Shown here in pieces: positions 47,433-60,291 of a DNA stretch of 64,000 nucleotides. Under the pieces are notes generated by a model. That model was not told the DNA's origin, did no database searches, and saw only the letters and a list, made by a program, of their open reading frames with translations. The first letter of the stretch is position 1; each line of letters begins with the position of its first letter. The stretch is from the NCBI RefSeq assembly GCF_021246445.1, contig NZ_JAJQXW010000001.1:1568168-1632167 (forward strand), given 5' to 3'. Origin of the DNA: Rhabdothermincola salaria. GTDB lineage: Bacteria; Actinomycetota; Acidimicrobiia; Acidimicrobiales; Acidimicrobilacustridaceae. A program made the translations under genes and the position numbers.

Positions 47433-49817
47433 CTACTCGGCCGGCTGGGCCACCTCCAGGGCGCCCAGGGCGACCAGCCGGTCGATGTCGGCGTCGTCCA
47501 TGGCCAACAGGTCGCGACAGATGGCCACGGTGTGCTCCCCCAGCGCCGGGGCCGGGGCCAGGTGGGGCTCGCCCAGACCGGAGGCGGTGAAGCACGGACC
47601 CTCCACCAGCATCGAACCGGAGCCGGGCTGGTCGAGGGAGACGACGTAGCCCCGCTCGACGAAGAGCGGGTGCTCGGCCTGCAGTCGCGGACTCAGGGCC
47701 CGACCAGCGGGCACACCGGCGGCGAGCAGCTGGCGCTCGGCGTCGTCGGTGGCGACGGTGCCCACCCAGGCCGCCACCGCGGCGTCGACGGCATGGGCGT
47801 CGGCGAGGCGGCCCTCCTCGGTGGCCCACTCCGGACGGTTGAGCTCGGGCACCTCCGAGGCCAGGGCGGCCCACTGCCGATCGTCGGCGACGCACACCGC
47901 CAGCCAGCTCTCGGCCCCGCCGGGCTCGTCCGGTCCCCGGTAGAGGTTCCACGGGGCATGGTCGAGGTGGCGGTTGCCGAGGGGCTGGGCGGCCCCGGCC
48001 TCGAGGCTCTCGGCCAGCAGCAGGTCACCGAGCAGGGCGGCCACCGCTTCGAACTGGGCCACGTCGAGGTGGCATCCCCGTCCGGTGCGCTCACGGGCCA
48101 ACAGCCCGGCGAGGGCCCCGAAGGCGACGAGGCGACCGGCCAGGTGGTCGGGGTGGATGGTCATCACCCCACGGGGGGCCTCCGCGTCGTGGGCCCACAG
48201 CCAGGTCAGTCCGCCGACCGCCCGGGCGCTCGGGCCGTAGCCCTTGCGGGTGGCCCAGGGCCCGCGATCGCCGTAGAGCTGGCTGCCCACCATGACCAGG
48301 CGGGGGTTGATCGCCGAGACCGCCTCCCAGCCCAACCCGAGACGATCGATGACGCCGGTGGCGTTGTTCTCGACGAGCACGTCGACGTGCGGGAGCAGCG
48401 AGCGCACCACCTCTCGCCCCTCGTCGGTGCCGAGGTCGGCGCCGAGGGCCCGCTTGGCCCGGGCCACGGTGGCGAACGCCGGGTTCATGTCGCCACCGAG
48501 GACCCGACGCTGGAAGTCGGGCCGGGTGGAAGTCTCGACCTTGATGACGTCGGCCCCCCACTCGGCCAGCAGGCGCCCTGCCTCGGGAGCAGCCACGCCG
48601 GTGCCGATCTCGAGGACCCGCAGGCCGGTCAGGGGCCCCACGCCAGCGGGGCCAGGGTCGTTCTCGGGGCGGGGGCGCGCCGGCCAGGACGGCGGAGCAT
48701 CGACCGTCTGCGGGGGCCCGCTGGCGGCAGCCCGCACGCCGTCGACGCCGAACAGCCCGGCCATCACCAGGCCGGGCCGGGCCTCGGAGTCGACCGGCAT
48801 CTCGGTGAAGGTGCCACGAGCCACGACGTGAGGGTTCTCGAGCAGCTCGGCCGGCGTGAGCACCGGCGTGACCCGCAGGCCGGCCGCCTCGCCGTCGACG
48901 GTGACCTCCTCGCGGGTGCGGCCGGCGAACTTGCCCGGGAGGCGCTCCATGATCTGGGCCCGCTCCTCCTCGCCCAGCATGGCGGCCTCCCATCCGGCAC
49001 CGGTCCACTCCGGCGGGTTGCCCAGCCAGGCGATGAGGCTGCGCCAGTCGTTGGCCGTCATGGGCAGCACCAGGCGGGCCATCCCGTCGGAGCACTCGAA
49101 GAGGGGGTACAGACCCGATCCGGAGCGGACCTGGTCGAAGTTGAGAAGGCTCCACAGGGGCAACGACATCTCGGTGCACTGGGCCAGGGCCAGCACGGTC
49201 GAGGTGTCGACGACCTGGCCGGCGCCCCCGTGGCGGACCTGCCACAGGGCCATCAGGGCGGCCAGGGCCGAGGTGGTCGACCCCACGTCCTCGCAGTAGG
49301 AACCGGGCGCCGACACCGGCGGCAGCTCGGGCACGCCCGAGCGGTACACGACCCCGGCGAGGGCCTGGGCGACCAGCTCGGTGGCCGGCCACTCGGCACC
49401 GGGCCCCTCGATGCCGTAGGGGGTGACGGACACGACCACCAGGTGGGGGTGGCGCTCGGAGAGCCGCGCCGGGGCCATGTCGTCGCGCTCGTGGCCCCAC
49501 CCGTCGGCCACGACCACGATGTCGGCCCCGGCCAGGACCTCCTCGACGGCCTGGTGGCCCTCGTCGAGCGCAGGATCGATCTCGACGACGACCTTGCCGA
49601 CGTTGCGGTGGACGTGGTGCAGCCCGGTGCCGTCGGCGGCACGGGGCCGGCGCCGGCGCCCTGCGCCACCGCCCGGTGGCTCGATCCGCACCACCTCGGC
49701 GCCCAGGTCGCTCATCAACCGGGACGTGAACGCCCCGTAGCCATCGGTCAGGTCCACCACTCGGACATCGCCGAGCAGGGCCGTCGGGTCGGTGATGGGA
49801 TCGCTGCTGTCGTTCAT
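47433..49817 (-). CDS. Tandem CaiB/BaiF family III CoA-transferase
   Basis: Two repeats: L.DVRVVDL...SDLGAEVVRIEPP and LTGLRVLE...AEWGADVIKVE; C-terminal AP.LGEHT. Confidence 0.9.
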   Translation of the reverse strand: MNDSSDPITDPTALLGDVRVVDLTDGYGAFTSRLMSDLGAEVVRIEPPGGGAGRRRRPRAADGTGLHHVHRNVGKVVVEIDPALDEGHQAVEEVLAGADIVVVADGWGHERDDMAPARLSERHPHLVVVSVTPYGIEGPGAEWPATELVAQALAGVVYRSGVPELPPVSAPGSYCEDVGSTTSALAALMALWQVRHGGAGQVVDTSTVLALAQCTEMSLPLWSLLNFDQVRSGSGLYPLFECSDGMARLVLPMTANDWRSLIAWLGNPPEWTGAGWEAAMLGEEERAQIMERLPGKFAGRTREEVTVDGEAAGLRVTPVLTPAELLENPHVVARGTFTEMPVDSEARPGLVMAGLFGVDGVRAAASGPPQTVDAPPSWPARPRPENDPGPAGVGPLTGLRVLEIGTGVAAPEAGRLLAEWGADVIKVETSTRPDFQRRVLGGDMNPAFATVARAKRALGADLGTDEGREVVRSLLPHVDVLVENNATGVIDRLGLGWEAVSAINPRLVMVGSQLYGDRGPWATRKGYGPSARAVGGLTWLWAHDAEAPRGVMTIHPDHLAGRLVAFGALAGLLARERTGRGCHLDVAQFEAVAALLGDLLLAESLEAGAAQPLGNRHLDHAPWNLYRGPDEPGGAESWLAVCVADDRQWAALASEVPELNRPEWATEEGRLADAHAVDAAVAAWVGTVATDDAERQLLAAGVPAGRALSPRLQAEHPLFVERGYVVSLDQPGSGSMLVEGPCFTASGLGEPHLAPAPALGEHTVAICRDLLAMDDADIDRLVALGALEVAQPAE

Positions 49818-49882
49818 GGTCCTCGGGGCGATTCGTCGGGTGCGGGTGGTGCGGGTGGAGCAGGCCGGACAGTGACGCGTGG

Positions 49883-51085
49883 TCAGACGGTGGGGATCAT
49901 GTGCTCGGCGAAGGCGGGGCTGGTCGCCCCTTCGGGCACGGCGTCGAGCCCCGCGGCCACGTCGTCGACCAGCGGCCCGACGCGTGCCGCCAGCGGGGCC
50001 AGCACGTCGAGGTCGAAGCCGTAGACAGCCGCCGCGTTGCCCGCCAGCATGGCCTCGACCTCGGGGCGGGGCACGCCGGCGAAGGTCTTGGCGATGCCCT
50101 CCTTGGAGAACGGGGGCGTGCCCTCGAGGTGCGGGTAGTCGCTGCCCCACATGATGTGGTCGACGCCGAGCAGGTCGCGTCGCTCGCAGTCGTCACGGTG
50201 CAAGAAGCTGGCGCCGATGGCGCAGTTGGTCTCCCAGTACTCGCTGGGCATCCGCTCGAGCAGGAAGGGCTCCACGAACGCCAGCTCGCCGACGTTGCCG
50301 GCCGCCAGCTGGGCGTAGAAGTTGTCCATCGACGACAAGGCGGTGGCCACCCACCCCACGCCCTGCTCGGCGAGCACCAGACGCAGGGCCGGGAAGCGAT
50401 CGAAGACGCCCGAGAGCACGAAGGCCCACAGGGGTCGGTGCGAGTACCACGCCACCTCCATCAGCCACATCGACAGCGAGGCCGGATAGGGCCCGTACTG
50501 CGGCGAACCACCACCGCCGTGGGCGTTCACGACCAGGCCCCGCTCCTCGCAGGCCCGCCAGACCGGATCGTGGTCCGGAGCGTGCAGAGGAGCGATGGGT
50601 GCATCGGGCGGGACCCCGGGGAGCAACACCCCACCCCGCAGGCCGTGGTCGGCGATCCAGTGGACGTCGCGCACGGCTTCGTCGGTGTCGTTGAGGAGGA
50701 TCTGGCCGATGCCGGCACGGCGCTCGGGAGCCTCCGCGCACCACTCGGCCAGCCATCGGTTGTGGGCCCGGAGGCCAGCGAGGCGCAGCTCGAACTCGTC
50801 CGCCGCCGGGGACGTGGCCACCAGCCCACCGCTCGGGAAGAACGGCGGCACGGTGTTCGGGTACACCACCTCGGCCACCACGCCGTCGGCCTCGAGGTCC
50901 CGCAGGCGCCGTCCGCTGTCCCAGTTCCGGTCGGCGTCGTCGCGCTGGAGATCGCCGAACGGGTTGACGAAGCCGTCGGCCCAGGCGTCGAACGCGTCGT
51001 GGTGGCGCGCCTCGAGGTAGGGCCGGTAGTCGCGCAGGTCGGCGCCGGCGTGGCAGTCGGCCGAGATGACGGTGTAACGCTGCAT
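49883..51085 (-). CDS. Amidohydrolase_2 family protein
   Basis: ISADCH, DGVVAEV.YP, AHNRWLAE, GVFDRFP.L, MWGSDYPH.EG. Confidence 0.9.
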   Translation of the reverse strand: MQRYTVISADCHAGADLRDYRPYLEARHHDAFDAWADGFVNPFGDLQRDDADRNWDSGRRLRDLEADGVVAEVVYPNTVPPFFPSGGLVATSPAADEFELRLAGLRAHNRWLAEWCAEAPERRAGIGQILLNDTDEAVRDVHWIADHGLRGGVLLPGVPPDAPIAPLHAPDHDPVWRACEERGLVVNAHGGGGSPQYGPYPASLSMWLMEVAWYSHRPLWAFVLSGVFDRFPALRLVLAEQGVGWVATALSSMDNFYAQLAAGNVGELAFVEPFLLERMPSEYWETNCAIGASFLHRDDCERRDLLGVDHIMWGSDYPHLEGTPPFSKEGIAKTFAGVPRPEVEAMLAGNAAAVYGFDLDVLAPLAARVGPLVDDVAAGLDAVPEGATSPAFAEHMIPTV

Positions 51086-51210
51086 CGGGTCCCCCTCAGG
51101 CATCCACTCGGCCAGCACCCCGAGCCCCAGGGTGCGACCGTAGCGGCCCGAGGGGGCCGGACCGGGCGGGAAGGCGGCTGCGGCCGCCCTCCCGCACGAT
51201 CAGCGGGCCA

Positions 51211-52806
<1,596 letters not shown>

Positions 52807-52883
52807 GGCGGGGCCTTTCGAGGGGACGCGAGTCGTAGGGGGCGAGGAGAAGGGCGAGGCGGGCGAGCGGTGTCGGCGGGGCG

Positions 52884-52924
52884 AAAACGCAAGAACCCCC
52901 TGGCCCGGTGGGCACAGGAGGTTC
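52884..52924 (-). terminator. Intrinsic terminator of the leuA attenuator
   Basis: Minus strand GAACCTCCTGTGCCC-ACC-GGGCCAGGGGGTTC followed by TTGCGTTTT. Confidence 0.85.
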
Positions 52925-52952
52925 AGCGAGCACCGATGTGGGGGCGCTCGCC

Positions 52953-52988
52953 CTACGTAAGGAGAAGCTCGAAGCGTGTCGAGGACAT
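52953..52988 (-). CDS. Leaderless leucine attenuator leader peptide MSSTRFELLLT
   Basis: ATG TCC TCG ACA CGC TTC GAG CTT CTC CTT ACG TAG; three tandem Leu codons, two of them the low-GC3 CTT. Confidence 0.85.
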   Translation of the reverse strand: MSSTRFELLLT

Positions 52989-52995
52989 GTCGGTC

Positions 52996-53024
52996 AGTGT
53001 GCCGGGACGCTCACCGAACGTCAA
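52996..53024 (-). promoter_or_regulatory. Housekeeping-sigma promoter of the leuA leader: TTGACG-N17-CACACT, 7 nt before the ATG
   Basis: -35 at 53024-53019 and -10 at 53001-52996 with canonical spacing. Confidence 0.75.
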
Positions 53025-53044
53025 CCTGCGAGCCAGGAGCCGGA

Positions 53045-54604
53045 TCAGGTCAAGGAGGCGACCGACACGATGCCATCGACCGAACGAAGCGCGTCCTGGA
53101 CCTCGGCGGGCACCGGCTCGGTGGTGGCCAGCACCATCAGCGCCGAGACGCCGCTCGCCGACTGGCCCACGTCCATGTCGGCGATGTTGATGCCGGCCTC
53201 GCCGACCAGCGTGCCGACCTTGCCGATCATCCCGGGACGGTCGTCGTTGCGCACCACGACCATGTGCCGGGCGGGCGGGAGGTCGACGCGGTGGTCGTCG
53301 ACCATCACCAGCCGGGCCTCGCCCTCGAGCCCGACGAGGGTGCCGGAGATGCAGTGCTCGCCGGCCCGGATGGTGATCTGGTTCACGTAGTGGTGCGACG
53401 TCGTCGTGGCCGTCTCGGTGACGCCGATGCCGTGCTCCTCGGCCAGCTTGGGCGCGTTGACGTAGGACACCGGGTCGTCGCTGATGCGCCCGAAGAAGCC
53501 CTTGAGCAGCGACAGGGTGAGGATGCGGGTGTCGTACCCGCCGATCTCGCCCTCGTAGGAGATCTGCAGCTCGCCCACACCGCCGGTGAGGCCGGCGAAC
53601 AGCGAACCGAGCCGTTCGGCGAGCGAGAGGAAGGGGCGCACCGTCTCACTGGCCTCGGCGGCGTTGACGTTGACTGCGAACGGCACGAACTCGCCGGCGA
53701 GGGCCAGCTCGACCATGTCGGCGATGGTGTCGCCGGCCTTGTCCTGGGCCTCGTGGGTGGAGGCACCGAGGTGCGGGGTGACCACGACCTCGGGCAGACC
53801 GAACAGGGGCGACTCGGTGGTGGGCTCGGTGTCGAACACGTCGAGGGCGGCGCCCCCGACGTGACCGCTCTTGATGGCCTCGGCCAGGTCGGACTCGATC
53901 ACGATGCCGCCCCGGGCCACGTTGATGATGCGGATGCCGGCTTTGGCCTTGGCCAGGCGGTCGGCATCGATCAGGCCGATCGTCTCGGGGGTCTTGGCCA
54001 CGTGGAGCGTGACGAAGTCGCTGACGTCCATCAACGTGTCGAGATCGACCAGGTCGATGTTCATCTTGCGACCCATCTCGGGGCTGACGAACGGGTCGTG
54101 AGCCACGATGCGCATCCCGAAGGCCATGGCCCGCTGGGCGACCAGCTTGCCGATGCGACCGAGGCCGACGACGCCGAGGGTCTTGTCGGCGAGCTCGACA
54201 CCGGTCCAGCGGCTGCGCTCCCAGCGGCCGGCCACGAGCGCGGCGTGGGCCTGGGGGATGTTGCGGGCCTGGGCCAACAGCAGCGCCATCGTCTGCTCGG
54301 CCGCGGAGAGGATGTTGGACTGCGGAGCGTTGACCACCATGACGCCGCGGTCGGTGGCCGCAGCCACGTCGACGTTGTCGAGCCCGATGCCGGCCCGGCC
54401 CACCACGACCATGTCGGTGGCGGCGGCGAGGACCTCGGCGGTGACCTGGGTGGCCGAGCGGATGATGAGGGCATGGGCCCCCGGCACCGCCTGCAACAGC
54501 TCGTCGGGGCTGAGCCCCTCGTGGATGTCGACGGTGTGACCGGCCTCGCGCAGACGGTCGAGACCGCCTTCGGCGATGGCTTCGGTGACGAGGATGCGGG
54601 CCAT
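53045..54604 (-). CDS. serA: D-3-phosphoglycerate dehydrogenase
   Basis: GRAGIGLDNVD, VNAP.SN, GLGRIG, NVARGG, TPHLGAST.EAQ, ASB and ACT domains (DRPG.IG). Confidence 0.96.
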   Translation of the reverse strand: MARILVTEAIAEGGLDRLREAGHTVDIHEGLSPDELLQAVPGAHALIIRSATQVTAEVLAAATDMVVVGRAGIGLDNVDVAAATDRGVMVVNAPQSNILSAAEQTMALLLAQARNIPQAHAALVAGRWERSRWTGVELADKTLGVVGLGRIGKLVAQRAMAFGMRIVAHDPFVSPEMGRKMNIDLVDLDTLMDVSDFVTLHVAKTPETIGLIDADRLAKAKAGIRIINVARGGIVIESDLAEAIKSGHVGGAALDVFDTEPTTESPLFGLPEVVVTPHLGASTHEAQDKAGDTIADMVELALAGEFVPFAVNVNAAEASETVRPFLSLAERLGSLFAGLTGGVGELQISYEGEIGGYDTRILTLSLLKGFFGRISDDPVSYVNAPKLAEEHGIGVTETATTTSHHYVNQITIRAGEHCISGTLVGLEGEARLVMVDDHRVDLPPARHMVVVRNDDRPGMIGKVGTLVGEAGINIADMDVGQSASGVSALMVLATTEPVPAEVQDALRSVDGIVSVASLT

Positions 54605-54684
54605 GCGGTCGATCCTACGGCCCTGCGGCACAGTGCTCCTCCGGGCCGACCCGTCCGGTGACCGATGCCACCGGGTGCCCGGTG

Positions 54685-55092
54685 TCAGCCACCGGCGACC
54701 TTGAAGCTGATGTAGAAGGCCACCGCGGGGATGACGACGAGCGCCACCGCGAAGATCACCAGGGCCCGCAGCGTGGAGGCGCGGTCCCGGACCGGCGGAC
54801 CGTCTGTCGGGGCGGCCGCCGCCGGCGACCCGAGCACTCCCCCGAGGGGACGACGGGGCGGCGCCGGGGAGGGGTCGACCGGTTCGGCATCGGGGAGGCC
54901 GAGGACCTGGCGCGCCCGGCGTCCCTGACCGGCCACCACCGTCACCTCGACGCCGGCGGAGACGTCGCGCAACGAGGGGCCCAGGCCGGCCAACAGCAGC
55001 GACTCGACCAGGGGGCGGGCCTCCTCGTGGTCGGCGACGACGGCGATCACCTCGTCGGCGTCGGCGGGCTCGGGATGGTCCTCGGGGCTCAC
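54685..55092 (-). CDS. Hypothetical membrane protein
   Basis: 135 aa with a C-terminal TM helix; RBS GAGG before GTG. Confidence 0.6.
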   Translation of the reverse strand: MSPEDHPEPADADEVIAVVADHEEARPLVESLLLAGLGPSLRDVSAGVEVTVVAGQGRRARQVLGLPDAEPVDPSPAPPRRPLGGVLGSPAAAAPTDGPPVRDRASTLRALVIFAVALVVIPAVAFYISFKVAGG

Positions 55093-55133
55093 CCGTCCTC
55101 AGTCGGCACGTCCACCATCGCCCTTGAGCGACC

Positions 55134-57176
55134 TCAGAGGTCGGTGATCTCGAGCGGCTCGATGTCGTCGGACAACTCGAAGCCGAGGACCTGGGCGTAG
55201 AAGCTGGCCTCGGCCTGCAACGCCCGCACGATGGTGGCGGCCTGCCGGAAGCCGTGCTGCTCGCCCTCGAAGGCCAGGTAGGCGTGGGGCACGCCCTTGT
55301 CGGCCAGGGCCTCCACGATCATCTCGCTCTGCGCAGGCGGCACCACCTCGTCCTCGAGGCCCTGCAGGACCAACAAGGGGCACTCGAGCTCATCGGTGTG
55401 GTGGATGGGAGAGCGCTCCTCGTAGAGGTCGCGGCGGGCCGGGTAGGGCCCCACGAGCGAGTCGAGGTAGCGGGCCTCGAACTTGTGGGTGTCGCGTGCG
55501 AGGGCCTCGAGGTCGGCCACGCCGTACATGGAGCAGCCGGCGGCGAAGACCTCACGGAAGGTGAGAGCGGCCAGGGTGGTGAAGCCCCCGGCGCTCCCCC
55601 CGCGGATGATGAGGCGATCACGGTCGGCCGCGCCGTGGTCGACCAGATAGCGGGTGGCACCGACGCAATCGTCGACGTCGACGATGCCCCACTCGCCGTT
55701 GAGCCGACGCCGGTAGCGGCGTCCGTACCCGGTGGAGCCTCCGTAGTTGACGTCGACGACCCCGAACCCGCGCGACGTCCAGAACTGCACGCCGAGGTTC
55801 AGCTGGGGCCGGGCCGCCGAGGTGGGGCCGCCGTGGATCATCACGATGAGCGGCGGCGCCTCGCCGGCCGGAGCCACCACCTCGGGGTTGGTGGGCGGGT
55901 AGTGCAGGGCGTGGGCGAAGCGGTCGCCGGTGGTGGCGAAGATGATCGGCTCGGGCACCGAGAACCAGGCGACATCGATGCCCAGCTCCCGGGGTGGACG
56001 CAGGGCCACCGTGCTCACCGCGGTGGCACCGTCGGGGGCGACGACATCGGGCACGTCGAGCGCGAACACCGCCGCCTCGGTGGTGGGCGACGCCCCGACC
56101 GCCACTGCGCCGCTCCCGAACGCGCGCAGCGACGACCAGGCGGTGATCCCCGAGGCCAGCGCCACCACGTCGCCGCCGTCGGCCTCGACCACACCGAGGT
56201 GGTCGAGCCCGTCGCGCATGAAGGCGACGAGGATGCGACCGTCGGCCAGGACCGCCCAGCGGGACTGGTCGAACACCCAGTGGGGCACCCCGATCTCGGC
56301 CTCGAGCAGGGCGACCGGCGCCGGTTCGGGGACGACGGCCGCCGGACCGTCGGTGGCGGCGCTCACCTGGTCGGCCGTCAGCCGGTAGAGGTTCCACCAG
56401 TCGGCGCGATCCGAGCAGAACAGCAGGGAACCGTCCGGACCCCAACCGGGGTTGGTGACCGACTCGTCTCGGCTGCCGGCGACCACCACCGCGTCGCCGA
56501 CGGAGATGTCGTCCGAACCGTCGGGGCCATCGACGATGGGGGCCACGCACAGCTCGGTGCCGTCCCACGGCATGTCGGGGTGGTTCCAGCGCAGCCAGCA
56601 GAGGTGGCGGCCATCGGGGCTCGGCCGGGGGGCGGCCACGAAGTCGCTGCCGGTGGCCAACACCACCGGATCGGCGGGATCGCCGTCGGGACGCAGGGCG
56701 ACACCGACCAGCTCGTTGGCCGGCTCGCTGCCGTCGGGGCGGTGCCGCTCGCGCACGCACACGGTCCAGCGGCCGTCCGCGGTGACCCGGCCGTCGGCGT
56801 AGCGGTCGCCCAGGGGAACCTCGGGCTCGGGGGTGAGCGCCACCGGCCGGTCGGCACCGCCGTCGAGGCGGTACAGCCGCTGGTCGGCCCAGTTGGCGAA
56901 GACGACGTCGGGCCCGTGCAACCACCACGCGCCCCCGCCGTACTCGTGCACCCGGGTGCGCGCCGCGTAGCCGTCGGGGAGGACGTCGACGCGGTCGCCG
57001 CCGGGACGGTGGCGGACCAGCTGGACCCGTCCCCCTTCCTCGGGTCGGGCCTCGGCCCACCACACGTCGTCGAGGCCCACGGCCACCTCGCCGATCGAGA
57101 CCGACTTGGCGACGATGACCTCGGGGGTGATGGGCGAGGGCCACGACCCGTGGGGCCGTGCCTCGGGGGCCGGCAC
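55134..57176 (-). CDS. S9 family peptidase (dipeptidyl aminopeptidase/acylaminoacyl peptidase)
   Basis: HGSWPSPIT, RVHEYGGG, HGGPT, GGSAGG (Ser), QGLED.VVP (Asp), GEQHGF (His). Confidence 0.93.
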   Translation of the reverse strand: MPAPEARPHGSWPSPITPEVIVAKSVSIGEVAVGLDDVWWAEARPEEGGRVQLVRHRPGGDRVDVLPDGYAARTRVHEYGGGAWWLHGPDVVFANWADQRLYRLDGGADRPVALTPEPEVPLGDRYADGRVTADGRWTVCVRERHRPDGSEPANELVGVALRPDGDPADPVVLATGSDFVAAPRPSPDGRHLCWLRWNHPDMPWDGTELCVAPIVDGPDGSDDISVGDAVVVAGSRDESVTNPGWGPDGSLLFCSDRADWWNLYRLTADQVSAATDGPAAVVPEPAPVALLEAEIGVPHWVFDQSRWAVLADGRILVAFMRDGLDHLGVVEADGGDVVALASGITAWSSLRAFGSGAVAVGASPTTEAAVFALDVPDVVAPDGATAVSTVALRPPRELGIDVAWFSVPEPIIFATTGDRFAHALHYPPTNPEVVAPAGEAPPLIVMIHGGPTSAARPQLNLGVQFWTSRGFGVVDVNYGGSTGYGRRYRRRLNGEWGIVDVDDCVGATRYLVDHGAADRDRLIIRGGSAGGFTTLAALTFREVFAAGCSMYGVADLEALARDTHKFEARYLDSLVGPYPARRDLYEERSPIHHTDELECPLLVLQGLEDEVVPPAQSEMIVEALADKGVPHAYLAFEGEQHGFRQAATIVRALQAEASFYAQVLGFELSDDIEPLEITDL

Positions 57177-57182
57177 GCGGGC

Positions 57183-59662
<2,480 letters not shown>

Positions 59663-59699
59663 GCCCCGCCTCGTCCCGGGCGCCCGACCCCCGGGCCGC

Positions 59700-60088
59700 T
59701 CAGGTCGGCGGCGCGAAGAACTCGAGGGGTAGCCCGTCGGGGTCCCGGAACGACAGCCCGGAGCCGTAGCTGGCGTCCTCGATACCACCGTGGCGGATGC
59801 CGAGCTCGTCGAGCCTGGTCTCCCATCCTCCAACTCGTGCCGGTCGGCACACCCGAAGGACAGGTGGTCGAGCCCGGGGCGACGCTCGTCGAAACCGACG
59901 TCGTCGAGGCCGTCTGGGAACTCGTGCAGCCCGACGAGGGTGTCGCCGAGCGACCAGACGACGTGCCTGAACGGCCCCGTGTCCTCGTCCATGACCGGCT
60001 CGGTGCCGAAGAGCCGTGCGTACCAGGGCACGCTGCGCTCGAGATCGGTCACCGTGAGGGCGATGTGGGTGATCGACGGGAACGTCAT
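59700..60088 (-). pseudogene. VOC/glyoxalase family gene with a single-base frameshift (pseudogene or sequencing error)
   Basis: N-half HIALTVTDLERS..WY...GLDHLSF and C-half WETRLDELG...LSFRDPDG..LEFF are in different frames; the break is near 59826. Confidence 0.8.
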
Positions 60089-60291
60089 CGGCGGCACCTC
60101 CGCGTCGGGTCGTTCCCCCGCGACCCTGGCGGCACTCCATGGCGGGGTCAAGGGCCAGCGGAGGAGCCGTACCTGCTGCGAACCTCCGGGGCGCGGTAGG
60201 TTCACCAGGGACTGCACAGAGCGCATCGAGCCCCGCCTCGGCGGGCACTCCCCGTGGCAGGGCTCCCCGGCTGGTCCGGGAGGGATCCTCG

